A stretch of DNA of 64,000 nucleotides, from positions 62,001-126,000 of IMG/VR virus record IMGVR_UViG_3300036770_003657. One strand, given 5' to 3'. The notes beneath the pieces were generated by a model. It was not told the DNA's origin. It did no database searches and saw nothing but the letters and a program-made list of their open reading frames with translations. A program made the translations under genes and the position numbers. Positions within the stretch are counted from its first letter, which is position 1. Each line of letters starts with the position of its first letter. This document shows positions 64,000 to 64,000 of the stretch, piece after piece.

Positions 64000-64000
64000 G

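Noticed and set aside
1-64000. CRISPR array, tRNAs and stop-codon recoding
   Set aside because: I saw no spaced direct repeats or cloverleafs. TAA, TGA and TAG all end conserved genes at expected lengths, and a 6682-codon ORF is open in code 11.

Overview
This window is part of the morphogenesis region of a large, AT-rich, T4-related (jumbo-type) myophage, read in the standard bacterial code. 1-14821 (- strand) is the baseplate/hub module: a very large wedge protein cut by the window edge, gp6, gp25, a gp5-like spike, a hub protein, a LysM/gp53-like protein and a tube-initiator-like protein. 14898-19190 (+) is a sigma70-driven operon: gp55-like late sigma factor, gp47/gp46 (Mre11/Rad50-like), a small basic protein and a GIY-YIG nuclease. 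It is followed by about 420 nt of GC-enriched, pseudoknotted non-coding sequence. Next come a gp26-like/gp51-like pair apparently joined by a -1 frameshift, a tape-measure-like gene and the head module (gp20, gp21, gp22, gp23), which has methyltransferase- and glycosyltransferase-like genes inserted. The rest is a run of virion fibre/structural genes, including a 6682-aa protein with 34 tandem C-x-(R/E/Q/S)-D repeats resembling the phycobiliprotein globin fold and its bilin-binding site. A TAAATA late-promoter motif precedes most structural transcription units. The best leads are the nuclease-adjacent structured RNA, the phycobiliprotein-like repeat giant, the frameshift and several structured late leaders. 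All family calls come from motif recognition by eye; no searches or folding programs were run. I saw no tRNA, rRNA, CRISPR array, transposase or reverse transcriptase.
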